Shown one piece after another: positions 14,928 through 27,959 of a DNA stretch of 64,000 nt. Numbering within the stretch: position 1 is the stretch's first letter; the number at the start of each line of letters is the position of its first letter. Origin of the DNA: Zygnema circumcarinatum SAG 698-1b (Eukaryota > Plantae > Zygnematophyceae); assembly GCA_037447605.1 (NCBI GenBank), contig CM074809.1, positions 2,346,689-2,410,688 of the forward strand, in the 5' to 3' direction. The translations under genes were made by a program, and so were the position numbers. Under the pieces are notes generated by a model, which saw only the letters and a program-made list of their open reading frames with translations, had not been told where the DNA came from and ran no database searches.

Positions 14928-17900
14928 TCACCAATTCGCAAAGTTTCCAAACCCAGAATTCAAGCCTGCTTCCTTTCTACGCTTGCCCGGTGCGTCCCCG
15001 CCATTCTTGTCCTCTGCCTGCAGCAGCTCCACGGCATTCCCAGGTCGCTTCAAATACTTCCCAATGCCTTTCTTCTCCGACACAAGTCCCAAGTTCTCTC
15101 CCGGATTGCTGTACCATGAGCCAATCTTCTCCTGCATGCATGTCACCCCAGTGGCACAAACTGTATTAAGAAATCTTGCCATGAAGTAAACACATCACAA
15201 AGGAAAGGTCATCACATCGCCAACTCAGACTGGTCAACATGGGGGGCCTCGCGGGAGGCTTGAGGGAGCGCACCTTCTCCGCAGCTTCCTCGGGAGTCAC
15301 CTCCGCCGCCTTCTTTGCGGCCTCCTCCTCTTCGTCGGGCTCTGTGTAGGGGTTCACAAACACGGTCACTTTCAAAATTTTGATCTCTTCCTGCAGGCAG
15401 ACGGCTCCTCGCTTCAAAGTTGTCAGTCCAACTACTAGCGCATCGGGCACATACTTTTCCCAAAAATCCCGTTGATGGATGAAAATTGGGGGGGGGGGAG
15501 GGGAAGAGAGAGTGAGTGAGGGAGAGAGAAAAAAGAGAGAGAGAGAATGGCAAAGAGTGTGCACCAAGGGTCGGTCGTCCGAATCCACGGCCACTTTCTC
15601 CATTGCAGAGAGAACGTCAAGCCCCCCCACCACTTTCCCAAACACAGCGTGTTTGTAGTTCAAATGTGGGGCGGATTTGTACATGATGAAGAACTGGGAC
15701 CCATTGCTGTGCGGCCCACTGTTGGCCATGCTCACAACCCCTCTTTCCGAATGCAATATCTTGGAATTCAGCTCGTCCTTGAACGGCTTCCCCCATATCG
15801 ATTCGCCTCCCCTCCCTGTTCCTGTTGGATCCCCTCCCTGTATCATAAAATTACTGCCAAAAAGACCCCAAACCCCCACAAGGACCCTACGTCAGATCCC
15901 AACCAGAACGCCTCCCCCTTCCCTCTTCCCTCCCCCTCCCCCTCCCCCTCCTCTCCCTCCCGCTCCTCCCTGGGCTCTGCGGGTCCTCTCCCTGCCAGCG
16001 CACGTGCGGGCTCTCACCGTATGCTGCGGTGGAAGACCGTTCCGTCGTAGTATCCGGCCTCTGCGTGCGTCAGAAAATTCTCGCAGGTTCGCGGGGCAAT
16101 GTCACAGTGAAGCTCGAGGTTGAGGTCGCCCCTGTTCGTCTGCAACCGTGCATAGCCCTTCTTCTTCGGAGTTCTCTCCTGCCGCACCATCTCAAACTCG
16201 TTTACCGTCACAGGAGTGAAGACAGTGGATGTGAACGACCTCGACGCTTTCCCGGAAGTGTACTGACTGCGGACCTGCAACCCCCCATCTTCCCACCCTC
16301 TCTCCCTGTCAGCATCTTCCCGGGATGCAAATGCTTCAAAACCTACTACCGCTTTCCATTCCCCGAATCTCCCGGTCGTTTATACACTCCAGAGTTTTTA
16401 CTTCATACTTTGAATTTAACATCCAAGACAAAGCAAGCGACGTCCTTACCAGCTTGGTGTTTGTTTCTATGAGGCTCCGTTCTCCTGCTGCGTGCGCTGC
16501 AACTAGCGCATGTGTCTTCTCTTTCACCGTTTCTTTGGCTGCTTTCGCACTTCTCCCATGCACAGCGGCAGACGCTGCGTCCACAATAGACATAGCGGGA
16601 GCCTTCTCCTTCGGAAGGTCCTCTGGGAGCCCTTTTTCTGCTCGCTCTGCTGCTCGCTTCTTCGCAGCTTCAAGGGCCGCTATGGCTGCCGCTCTCTCCC
16701 CTCTCGCTTTCCCTCCTCCCCCTCCCAACATCAGCTCCTCCTTCCCCTTGTTGTCCGCCAAGTCCTTCAGCATCCGCTTGGCATCGGGTGCCAAATTCAT
16801 GTTGTAGGTTGGATCGTCGCGGGCTTTCTGAAGCTCTGTTGCCCCTCAGGAGAGAGGAAAGTCCGTTGCTGAGTGGCGAAAGGATAAATGGGATAACATG
16901 TAAATACTATTTACGGATTCTGGCTAGTATTTCTGGTTGTCTGCTTCTATGATTGGTTGTAAGTGATTCACTCGTAGAGGACAAGAAAGGCTAACAATAG
17001 AGAAGAATTGTAGAGATCAGCATCTTTATGCAAAGAAACGAGAGGAGAGCTCACCCTCATCCTCAACCTCGATGTCGTTCTTGACATGGTCAAAGTCGCT
17101 CAGCACCTTTGCTTCCAAATTATTGGGGTCCTGCATTTCGCAACTCAAATAAATTGGAGAGCATGTCGGGTCCTCACTTTGGCATAAATTACAAAAAGCA
17201 AATCGAAAAATTTACGAAACTGAAAAAATCGTCCCTCTCAGCGAAAACAACACTACTTACATTTAAGACGAAAGTAAAAATTGATTTTTTTTTTGATCGA
17301 TTGCAGATTCTATTATTCCTTCGGCGGAGCTTTACCTGAATTGTGATGATCTCGTCCTTACTGAAAGGTGCGTCCGAGAGAAGGTCTTTCCAGTTCTTCG
17401 GTTTCAGATTGAGCTCCCTCACTGCCTGCCCCAGCCCCCTCGCATTAATGGAGAAAATAGAACCTTCATGACACTCCGACAATAAGCTAACTATTGATTG
17501 ATTGATGAATAAAATGAAAAATAATGATAATGAAACATAAATCATTCACACTTTGATACCAAGCTGATGCAAACAGCAAGGCGAACAATTGCTGGTAAAT
17601 GGCCTTCAGGGCAGTCAGCTCGCACCTCATAACTGAATACGTTTCCTGTGGACTTTATCGCAACTATATGCGAAAATTCCGTGAAAACTTTGTTCAACAC
17701 CGGGCACTGATATTCTCCTGCATGCATCGTTCCATGAACAGGTTCAAGCACAAATAAACTGAGACATTCATTAGCACATAGCTAACTCCGTTCTTTTCCC
17801 CTCTCTTATTCATTTCCAGTCGGCATTCAATTGATAACAATTGAAACATCATATAATAGAGGAAAAACTGGAAAAATATCCTCGTTAACAACGCGCCATG

Positions 17901-19022
17901 AAGAAAGGTTAAGTTTTTTAAGCCCTTCAACTTCTGAATAACCAATGACAGTTTGCAAATGTACCGTCCGCATTTTTGTGAAAGTGCAGTTTGATGAGAT
18001 CCGCTATTGCCAGTGGCCTCCCAGTAACCGGATTCTTTGAAAACTTTTGGATGTACGGCACTATGTTCCTGAAACAAAAGCGAAGCAGATCCTAAGGCCC
18101 TGCTCTCAATCAAAACCAAGAGTTTGGAAGATCACAAAATGGAAGCGGTGCGGAAGCGCACAAGCAGCAGCAAACTCCAAACCGCAACTTATGCAAGCGA
18201 GTTATGGCATTCACGGCACAGACGGGCGGCAAAGTGAGACTCACAAAATATCGAACACGTGTCCTTCGGGAGTGCACACTGGATCCTCGAACGGGGTGAA
18301 GGAGACACTGGAGTCCGCCAGCAGTGGGCAGCACATAATGTCACGTGTCAGCAATGTGGCAGGGACGACAGATGATACTCTGGGCCACCATAAAGTGCTT
18401 AACCAACAAAAGCAACATTTCGTGAAGTTCTGTATGTGTCTTTGAACCACTATCATGCACAATATAAGCCCCTAATTTCAGAGAATGAGCTCCCACTTAG
18501 TTTGTTCATTGTTCTCATGAAGGTTGGCCAATAACTGGTTGTGTATTAGTCAAGCACTTAAAGACATGAGGTCTATGCCACTGGTAGAAAACACCTTGAA
18601 TTCCAAGCGTACACCCTTAAACATTCTAAGAGAGCCCTTATTTCTGTCTTTTTTTAAGAGGCAAGTTAAGAATAAATTTCGGGTTTGTGTGGCAGAAAAG
18701 TGGGAAAGGAAAATATTTAATAGCATGGGTGTATTGTATGGGCAAACAAACAAAACGGTTTTCCTGTAAGAAGAAATTCGCAAAAGCCAAATTTAAGCTT
18801 CTCGGAGAATCAACAAGTCGCAATGTCGTCCTTCACAGTGATTTTCTATGCATACACTTAAAAGAGATAGCCCTCTTTGAATTAGAGTACGCACGCGCAG
18901 CAATAGAAGGGCAATCGCCGGAAGGGAGTCCGCAGGTCGCGATTCTTGGCTCCTCCCCACTCGGTGGCCCACTCTGTGGTGGTGATGAACATGCGGTCCT
19001 TGCTATGCTGCTTCTTCCCCAT
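14928..19022 (-). CDS. CYP65: U-box/RING cyclophilin peptidyl-prolyl isomerase (PPIL2/CYP60 family; plant CYP65), multi-exon
   Basis: Exon 1 MGKKQHSKDRMFITTTEWATEWGG...FRRLPFYCC. Then FTPFEDPVCTPEGHVFDI, LEPVHG...YQCPVLNKVFTEFSHIVAIKSTGNVFSYE, KGYARLQTNRGDLNLELHCDIAPRTCENF, YYDGTVFHRSIR, FMIQGGDPTGTGRGGESIWG, SMANSGPHSNGSQFFI. Last exon IGSWYSNP...GFGNFANW* (stop 14928-14930). Confidence 0.95.
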
Positions 19023-20290
19023 CGTCTCCGACTCCTCAGGCGCCGCTCAACGTTAGGGCTGACGGGTTCAACTCTAGGGCCAGAACGGCAGCGAGAGTTC
19101 CAGAAAATCACTTCCAAAAGCGCTTAGAAAAAGATTAGAGTCTTTCCGAACGCAGGCGGTGATGACTGACTGGCGGAGGGCAGACGCGCGAGGGCGAGGA
19201 GAGAGGGTAGCCACTGCGTGCGAGGGGAAATTAGGGTTACGAGTTACGACACCACTGTTGCAGCAGCCAGGACGAGGCTCCATGTGACTCGCGGTAGTTG
19301 AACGTTCAACGACTCGTGCGCTCCATGCACTGTCGGCTCCGTTTACCGTTTCTATAGAAACGGTTTTCTGGGACGGTAGACTGACGCACATAGAACATGA
19401 AAATAAGCATCCGTCGGCGTTGCTACGCCCAGGAACTAGAGATGGCCGCACGTGCGAAAATAAAATTTTAGTTTGTAAATATTCTATTTTAAACGAGGTG
19501 AGCTAAAAAATGAGCTGTCCACATTTTCCGAAAGCAGTTCGCCATTTCTTTTCCCTTGAGAGGAGTGGGGAACTTGCGTGTTTGTCATAGATGTGCGAAT
19601 CTGCGAAATCCCAAACCCAAACCCTCAACCCTAATCCCCACTAAGCAGACGCTCGCTACATTTTGACTTCGTCCATGTGCATTTGCTGGCATCGTCATTG
19701 TGCCCTCCAAGCAGGCATCTCAAAGGACTCGCTACACACCCATGCCTCCACTACACTGTCAGGCGTTCTCCCTCTTTCGTTTCGGAGCATTCTTCCGCCG
19801 AGTTGCACAGCAGTTGTAAGCAGCACAAGCAGATCATCACGTTCTACACAGTTACGCTGCCATTTGAAAGAGGCCTGCACGAAAAAGGCTTCCAGGAATG
19901 ACGTAGCAGAGGAGCACATGCAGCGGGCATTCGAGTCACAGAGTACAGTATTCAGATTTGTTGATAGATAATGAAGAGAGCATGGAGAGCATGAATCTCT
20001 CCACATTTGAAAGTGTTCGAATGTGTTTTTCTACCCGTCCAATCCACTATCCCAAGCCCCCAAAGTAGCCCAATGGCATGTATCACTACGACACGCTTTA
20101 CCCTCGCTCTCGAGCACCTTAGAACAAATGACGACCTATAAACATTGGAGGTGGCCGTCTCCTCTCCCCACCCCCTGCAGTCTGCAGCCAATACTACATT
20201 CTAGGGGCACATCCCTTCTCCCCCCCCCCTTCCCTCTCCCCTTCCACATATCTCCAGGGAGGGACTTGCATTGGAGAACTGCTCCAGTGC

Positions 20291-23200
20291 TTAAGTGCTC
20301 TCCATGTGCAGGAGCTGGCACTTGGCTGCTGAATCAAGGAGCCACGTGTGGGGAAGCGCGAGGCCCGACACATCCTCAGAGAGAAGCTTGGCCGCCCGCC
20401 TCTCTCCTTGGGCTGCAGGCGACTGCGGGACGTCGGACGAGGGATACAGAACCACCACTGCAGGGAGGGCGGCTGTCCTTCTTGACGAGCTGTTGCCATG
20501 CAGCTCCTTTGGGGGGGGCACAGACAGGGGCTCACGCTGGAAGATGGAGCCGCCTCCCACAGTCAAGACAGCGGCAAGGTCTGCTTTTGATGGAGTTTGA
20601 AAGGTTCCACAAAAATAGAAAGAGATCCCCTCGAACAATTTCTGCAGGGACAACATTCAATGTTTCTCAATCGCAGCGAGTTATACAGCAATGAAGTTCA
20701 ACACCTAGGAATGCGTTATCCACTCAGTGTCTCTCCACTTCTTGCCTTAAATTCAAACCCATCTCAGACAAGCCAAGTCCCTGCACGGAGCAGATGACTC
20801 TCACAGGAACTGCCCAGTACACAAAAGCTGCTTACAGTTGTTGACCGATGTTCAGCAATACCGCCACTCACTTAACAGCAAAGCAGGAGTACCTTGTCTT
20901 TTGTCATGAGACGACCTCTCCTTGGCCCATTCTCCATACCGTGCACATCCTCTTTCACCTCAAAAGCTTCCTCACTCACTGGTTTACCCAACTTCTCACA
21001 CGCAGTTAGCCCTGCATGTAAGAACTCGTCCATCATGTCAGAGAACGCTTCAGACTAAACACATTCAACCAGTAAAGGTGCGGACACTTGCCATTAGCTC
21101 GTCAACTAGACTAGCATGTGCGCAATGCTGTCGCAGATTCAGCAACTTACATTCAAGCGAGACCACCCATTGACCATTGAGAATTGCAGAGAGGAACTTA
21201 AGCGTGCGCCTTGCACAGCCCTTTTCGTCAAGGCCTGCCACTACGTGGCTCACTGCTGGAGACCACTGCTTCACGAGAGTGAAGCCCATAATGGCTGCGA
21301 AACGGCTCAGCTCTTTCTGCAAGTACGAGCACGAATTGCAGTGGGAAACGGAGGATGAAATGTCAGAAGAAGAATGTATAGAACGAACTTTTTCGGCCAA
21401 CTGAAGAACGTGAATCACGCAACAGTCACAGTAATTGGTGACTTCTAGAGCAGTGATGGTTAAAACAAAAGAAAAGACGTCAGATTACCTTGCCATGGAC
21501 ATCCAGACCAGAGCCGCATAGAACCCACTTAGATGCTAATCGGGAAGGCCATTTTCCAAGATCAGGTAATCTAGTCCCAGGGGAAGCAACCAGTTTCCTG
21601 AAATTCAAAGCACATTTCATGGTCAGTACGGGAAATACGACGTTTGCACATGGGAGAGTCCACGGTCGCGCTCATCTTTCGCATCTGGCTAATGCCTTTG
21701 CGAAACAGACTACGTGCATTGAAGACTCACTGAGAGTGAGGTGGCGCAGCGTCCTCCTTGACCGGAGATGAGGCTTCGGGAACATCATCTTCAGCATCTT
21801 CTGTGGGGAAACCTCCATCTGCATGCTCTGGGCAGAGCATAATGAAACGTTCCTGCAAAGAAACGTACATATCACTTTTTGGACCTCTGTCAAAAAGTCA
21901 ATGAAACCAGGTCATTGCAATTTCACTGGCCAACAGACCTTGTACCTCAAACATACACCGCAAGGCCTCCAGTCCATTACAGTTTCAGAGGGAAAATCTG
22001 TCTAGTGAAGTTGGAATACACTACTCAACTCAGAAATTAGTGAACGGCTTTATTGCACCCAAACTCTCTAAAGCATAGAGGAGTCTCGTCGATAAACGAC
22101 ATCAAATGATCACTTTAATTGCCCTGCTCCCCTGCCTCGCTAGAGTTAAGGAGCATGACGAACAAACGATATCATATACAGAACGGAACAATTCACAACG
22201 CCGTCCAATAGCACCAACAACAATAATGCAAGGCGAGGCTGCAGAAGCCAAACACCACTCGGAAATCACTGCAAGACAACGAGATTTGATTCCGGATCAC
22301 AAGCGTGAGCTTCCAAAAGCTATAGGTCCTACGTCGCAAGGGTGACACGAGGTTACCTCATCCCAACGACAGCCTGACACCTTCCGTGCACAAGGGTAAT
22401 GATATGTGCGTCTGCACTTAGGCAAGCAGCATCCAAGGGCCGCCCCTTTTGAGTCGCAATGTGAACAACGCAAACGTTGCGATCGGTTCAGTTCTGCCCG
22501 CAGGTTCTGGACTTTATTACCTTGGAAGTAAACTTCAGGGGCCCTGCAAAGAGCAGACCATGAATCCAATCAGCGTTTACGCAGGCAAAAATAAGGTTAC
22601 ATGTGTGCGATTGAAATGACAAGGGGAGGGTAGCGAATGGTATCTGGTCCCTCACCATTCCAAACAATTCTCATGAACATAGTCAGGTGAAAACTGGATT
22701 CGATGCCTCCCTAGTGTAGAGCCCTCTTTCATCACTCGCCCTCTCCTGCTGTCAACCTGAACCATGCCTCCTGCTATCTGCGCACAATACTTTGCGTCAG
22801 AAACCTCAGAATAAAAAGTCCTGCTTGGCTCTGTGTCTCACTCTGAACATTTGAACTCTCATGACTTATCCACCAAGTTCTTTTTTAATAAGTGCACTCG
22901 TATCCAACAGCATTCAATAGTGTGTGAATCTACAGATTTGACCAAGGAAAAAACGATAAGTAATATAACAAGCATGCGAGCAGCACCCAAGTAGATTGAT
23001 ATGAGCTTTTCAAAGGGTAAAGTGCAAGCTCGACCTACCCTGGAAGCTCCACTGATTCCGCAGAAGCCACAACAAGGACGCTTTGCAATCCCCTTGACAC
23101 CCTCGTCAGAGAACTCAATTTTCTTGCTTTCGGTCATCTCATGCTTTCTCCGTTTGCCCCAGCCCTTTGAAGTATTTAGCTGCAAACTACCTGGAGACGC

Positions 23201-26200
23201 AGCTTCTATAGTGGGCGATATGTTCCCCACATCTTCACACTCCTCCGTAGTCAGCAAGCCATCCTTTAGGGGTATTCTCCTCATATATGTTGCAACGATG
23301 CTACGATCTGCATCATCTTTAGCTTTCAGAGTCAACCAAGATGGCTGATCCTCTTCTTTTGTTGGATTTTCACCTGTCTCGGTAGGTGATGGTACATCAC
23401 GTCCCACACTACCTTTTGGAACATCTCTTCTATTGCCTGACGTGTCCAATGAGGCACCCACGAAACGACCCTGATCTGAGATACCTTCTCCACTTCCAGC
23501 TGCATTTTCGGCCATTCTGTTGACGGCCGCTGAGGTTGGTTGGTTAACACCAACAACAATTGTTTTTTCAGAAGTTGTTCTGGTTCTCTCATGGGAAGAA
23601 GGTTCAAGCCCCTCTTGAAACTCCCTTGACAAACTCCTCGGCTCCAAACTTGCCTGTTTGCTAGAATTCTGGAAGCAATTTCTCTGACCTTCGGACGTCT
23701 CTTGCTCAAGACTTTCCTTTCTGCCACTTAACCAGCCCTTCACTGCTCTTGTGAAGCCTCCCATCCTCTGAGGCTCGACAAGGGACACCTGTTCTTCAGG
23801 GACCTGGCCTTGTTGTACTGCTCGCACTCTATCCATCAATCGAGACAACCGCTGAATGTTAACTGGATGAGAATCGGCATCCTGCAGCAAACATCGCATG
23901 TGTAGCATGCATTAAGATGATATGTATGTGGCAAGAATGGCAGTGTAAATACATCCCTGCATCGCACTGCATGCACTGGAAAATGGAGTCAGCTGCTAAC
24001 ACGTATAAGTGTAACAGAGACACGCTGCAAAGACCACCCAGCTTAAAGATCTCCTAGCCAATAAATGATATGAGGGAGAATATAAAGAACAGCCATTCAA
24101 CAACCGTCACAAAAGCCAGTACGGTTCCTAAAAAATTTGAGGCAATATTATGATGTACAATCAGACATAGAAGCTTACAGCTCGTAATTGTCGCATCGTT
24201 AAAATAGACACCTCAGTTAATGGATCAAAAGCAATACAAGAAAAAAAAAAGGAGAAAGCAAGGAAATGACATCACCTCAGAAATTGTCGGTGTACTATCG
24301 ACGATACGGGACCCATCTTCATCTTCGTGGTTCCCAGGAGAAGTAGCGGAGGGAGTTTCAGCGACAGCCGAGAAATATTCCATTTCTCGCGTCTGCATTG
24401 TCCCTTTATTGACCTTCTCTTCCTCATCATTACAATGCCCGGACACCAGATTCTGGTTCAACGAATCTTTTGCATTAAGACCTACACTTCGTGCGCACTC
24501 CAACCTGGTCGGATTCTGGTGTTTCTCCTTAGAACCTGCCTTCTTCTCTGATCCTCCGACTCTCTCTCTCTTCTTTTTCTCCTCCTTGCATCCAACCAAA
24601 CTCCAGGTGCCAGCCGTCAGTGCCTTTTTGGAGACCCCTGCAGAGTGCACTGCTCGAGAATCCAAACCAGCCATTCCACTCATAGATTGGTGAGCTCGCA
24701 ACATGTGCGATTGTCCTGACGGTGTCTTCAAAGCTCCACCCATCGCAGAAAGCATAGATACAGACATTCTAACTCCTGAGGCATCAGCATTTTCCCCTGT
24801 ATTCCTAACCCCTCCACCTACATACCCTTCTCCCGTCCCTTTGCTAGCACCAAGCTCTGCTCCGGGAGCCTTGCTAGGCATAGATTGGCCTTCATACTTG
24901 AGAGAAGCAGGTAATCCTTTAGTGGATGAATGGCTTTGTTGCAAGCTATGAGATAGCGTTGTGGCAGGCTGGATGCGGTGCACAGTTTCAGCTGGTGCTT
25001 CTCGATCCGCCATGCTGCTTTCATTAAGTTCTGCTCTTTCTTCACTAGCGTTTTCAACCTCCTCGGACTCTGATGTTGTAGTGCAAGACACTGTCTTGGT
25101 CCTGTGTAGCCCTTCTTCAATGCCCGGCGTCCTTGCAGCAACAGAATTCTTTCCTCGCTTAAAAAACTGGTCCGTTTGCGGGGGTGAGCCCTCCATAGCA
25201 GCACGCTTGCCTCTTGATTTCGTGAATTGAAGCATCTGCTTTGCCTGAGAATCGATGGACACCGAGTTCCCTTTCGCCTCTGTATCGGATGCATCAGGAC
25301 GAAACAATTTTAAAAAATGTATACAATTATGGGTCAATCCTTTTCTGAATGTAGTAAGCGAATTCAACCTATTGCAGATGCAACGAGGGAACGGGACTAC
25401 TGTGCAGCAACTAAGGCAGAGAGTATTGTCACCGTAGTGATCGATCCCTGGTCAGCCAACTTTGAGGCACAAACCGCATAATTATAACTGGCAGTCACCG
25501 AAAAAGATTAGACACCTACCGGAAAGTCCATCTGCTGTTTCAAAAGGTTGGGTGCAGCAAATCTGGACGCCAGTGGCTGCTTCCATTTCCCGATAGATGG
25601 CAACCATGCTGTCCATTTGAAGTGCCGACCTCACTTCTGCATACGGCCAAAGACAGTCAATCGGACAGCTGTCTACAGCCAATCACCCCGAATCCCGCAA
25701 TTGACAAAAGCTTGCAATCATTCGTCAGCATTGCATGACCATACCTTGCAACTAGTGCATTGCCTTGCAAGTTACACAAAACGGCACAGATACACAAGCA
25801 CGCTATGAACAGCATTACATCTCAAAAACTTGCGACTACATCCAAATGTAGATTAAGGAGTAAAGAGCAGAACAAAAGCCAAATCAGAAATTTGGCCTCA
25901 CTTAGTCAACCAACTTAGAAAATAAGCACCCCCTAGAGGCAGAGCTTTAAACGTTCAAACACCAGCTAGTAAGTGCCTAGTTCAGAATTTGAGTAAAGGT
26001 TGTATGCACCTCGCTTAGTCGTGGGAACTTTGCATATAGGGCAATTGGATGCTCTCTTCATTGACTCCGAGATACATTGCCTGCAAGCACGAAAGCAGAC
26101 AAGAAGCTTTAGATACCTCCAGGGATCCCGAGCTTACAGTGAAACATTCCTTGGGTTACTATAGCATAAGAGAACCTGTTTCCCTGGATGAAAGACGGCG

Positions 26201-26610
26201 ACTGAAGGTAGTGCTCGAACGACTTTCATGTTCCAGATTTAAACTTCAGACTAAAGTTTTCGCTTCAAGTAAAATAAAGCAGAGCACAAATTTGCAAGGT
26301 AAAAATGTTAATGATCCGACAAACCTGCAAAAAGTGTGGTTGCAGGTCAAATTTGCGGCGTTTTTAAAGAGACTTAAACTGCAAGACAAAAGAAAACGTT
26401 GAGAGCAGACCGAACAGTTGTCAGCGAATGCTAGGCGCTCACAAAATGCCGTTTCCTTGATGCCTCAGAAACGGTAGTTTCTAAGAGATGACTCAATTTA
26501 CAGCAACAAGCCGGAAAAAATAGAAAAGAGGAAGCAAGTTACCATATCGGGCAGGTGAGCTGCTTTCCGAGCTCTGCCAGATGCTGTATAGGATCTCCAG
26601 TCGTCGCCAT
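20291..26610 (-). CDS. BRCA1: Plant-type BRCA1 (RING - long disordered region - extended PHD - tandem BRCT), multi-exon
   Basis: Spliced RING: MATTGDPIQHLAELGKQLTCPIC | LSLFKNAANLTCNHTFC | QCISESMKRASNCPICKVPTTKR | EVRSALQMDSMVAIYREMEAATG. PHD CSHCDSKGAALGCCLPKCRRTYHYPCAR (~22380-22470). BRCT1 SHVVAG...RRTLKFLSAILNGQWVV. BRCT2 LFEGISFYFCG...WLLDSAA (stop 20291). A BARD1-type paralogue cannot be fully excluded without a tree. Confidence 0.88.
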
Positions 26611-27299
26611 TGTGAAAACGTAACCTTATCCTAAGAGGAATGGTTTAATAACTCTCAGCCCAACTGAGCTCAGCTCAGGCTTCAGGCCAGTTGAATCGAT
26701 AACAACCAGACGGCACAAACTAGGTTGCAAATACTTTTGGAAATGGTTTTCTTATCAGCTCAAAGGCGTGCGAAAATGAAAGAACGCTTCCAGTAGCTAC
26801 AATTGAGCTTTTCTAGCCAAAGCTGGGAGCTCGTATGGCTGAAGTAGACCGAGCACAGCTCATAAAAACTTTCTTCAAGAGCCCCAGGAGACCTTTCAAG
26901 AGCTCCAAGAGAGCTCAAATTTATAATCAAAGTGACAAGCGGAACTCCAACGTAATCGTAACCACTCAGCTGTTCCTGCGCTATACCAATCCGCAGTATA
27001 ATCTCTCTCGAAATTGCGGTCGCAACAAATAAAGTATCTCCAGGTCTTACTTCCCTCGCCAGCCGATGCAACAGGCAGTTCTTATATTATCCTACACCCC
27101 TCCTTCCCGCGCAGGGAGGAGGGGAGAGACGCGCGTGAGCGCGAAGCGGAGGGCGCGCGCCGCAACGAAAGCTTTCGACGAAGTTTGCGGTTTTCAGTTT
27201 GTAATTTGTATTTTGAAATTCGGAATTTGTAAATTTCGTCGGAGTCACGTGCAGGGGCAAAAGCGCGGCAGAGCGATTTGAAAAGCTGAAAGCGTTTGA

Positions 27300-27323
27300 G
27301 GGAGGGAGGGAGGGAGGGAGGGA
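27300..27323 (+). repeat. (GGGA)6 tract in the BRCA1 upstream region
   Basis: Six perfect GGGA units about 700 bp upstream of the BRCA1 ATG. Confidence 0.9.
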
Positions 27324-27959
27324 GCCGCCTCTCGGCGCGGGAACGCTGGCGCTGCTCCAATGTTTGGAAACGCTCCTTCCAGTTCCATGTGCTGCAGTTT
27401 GTGGATGTTTGAGCACTTCTGCAAACAGAGGGATAGAAATGTTCGGGACTTCAGGCAATGAACATTTGGCGCAGGCAAATGGAGAAGTCGAGCATCAAGG
27501 CAGAAGGACTCTCGGCCACTCTCGCCTTTTCACGAAGTGGGGGTCACACATTGGAGGTTATGGGAATAATTGAATCTTTGACGGGCAAGTTCCTGGAATT
27601 ATCAACATGCTGAGCAAGGTCTCGTCTTGTTTGAATTTGAGAGGTGTCTAGTCAGCGGTATTTGTGACAAGGTGGATGGACGGGAGCTGCTTCCCCAATA
27701 GCTAGTTACGGATTGTAGAGATTCTTTCAAGCATTCGTCACAACGTTTTGTGGGCGGTTGGGAGGATGTGCGGTTACTAGATGCGCATACATGGCCTGCT
27801 GGCGTTGGGGCAAGTGACTTGTGGCGCAGCAAGAGGTGATCATTGCAGAGTCCTATGTCTAACCTACGTCTGTCAATTTACTGAATTAGAAAAGAAGAAA
27901 ACTACAAGCAGAAAAAAAAAGAACAACTCCAGTAAAAAAAAGAATTTATTTATTTCATG

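Noticed and set aside
19609-19640. Telomere-like CCCAAA/CCCTAA repeats
   Set aside because: Only 3-4 degenerate units; at most telo-box-like promoter motifs, not an interstitial telomere.
22859-25367. Long ORFs 22859-23908 and 24225-25367 as separate genes
   Set aside because: They are large internal exons of BRCA1 read through into introns; the plus-strand ORFs there are antisense shadows.
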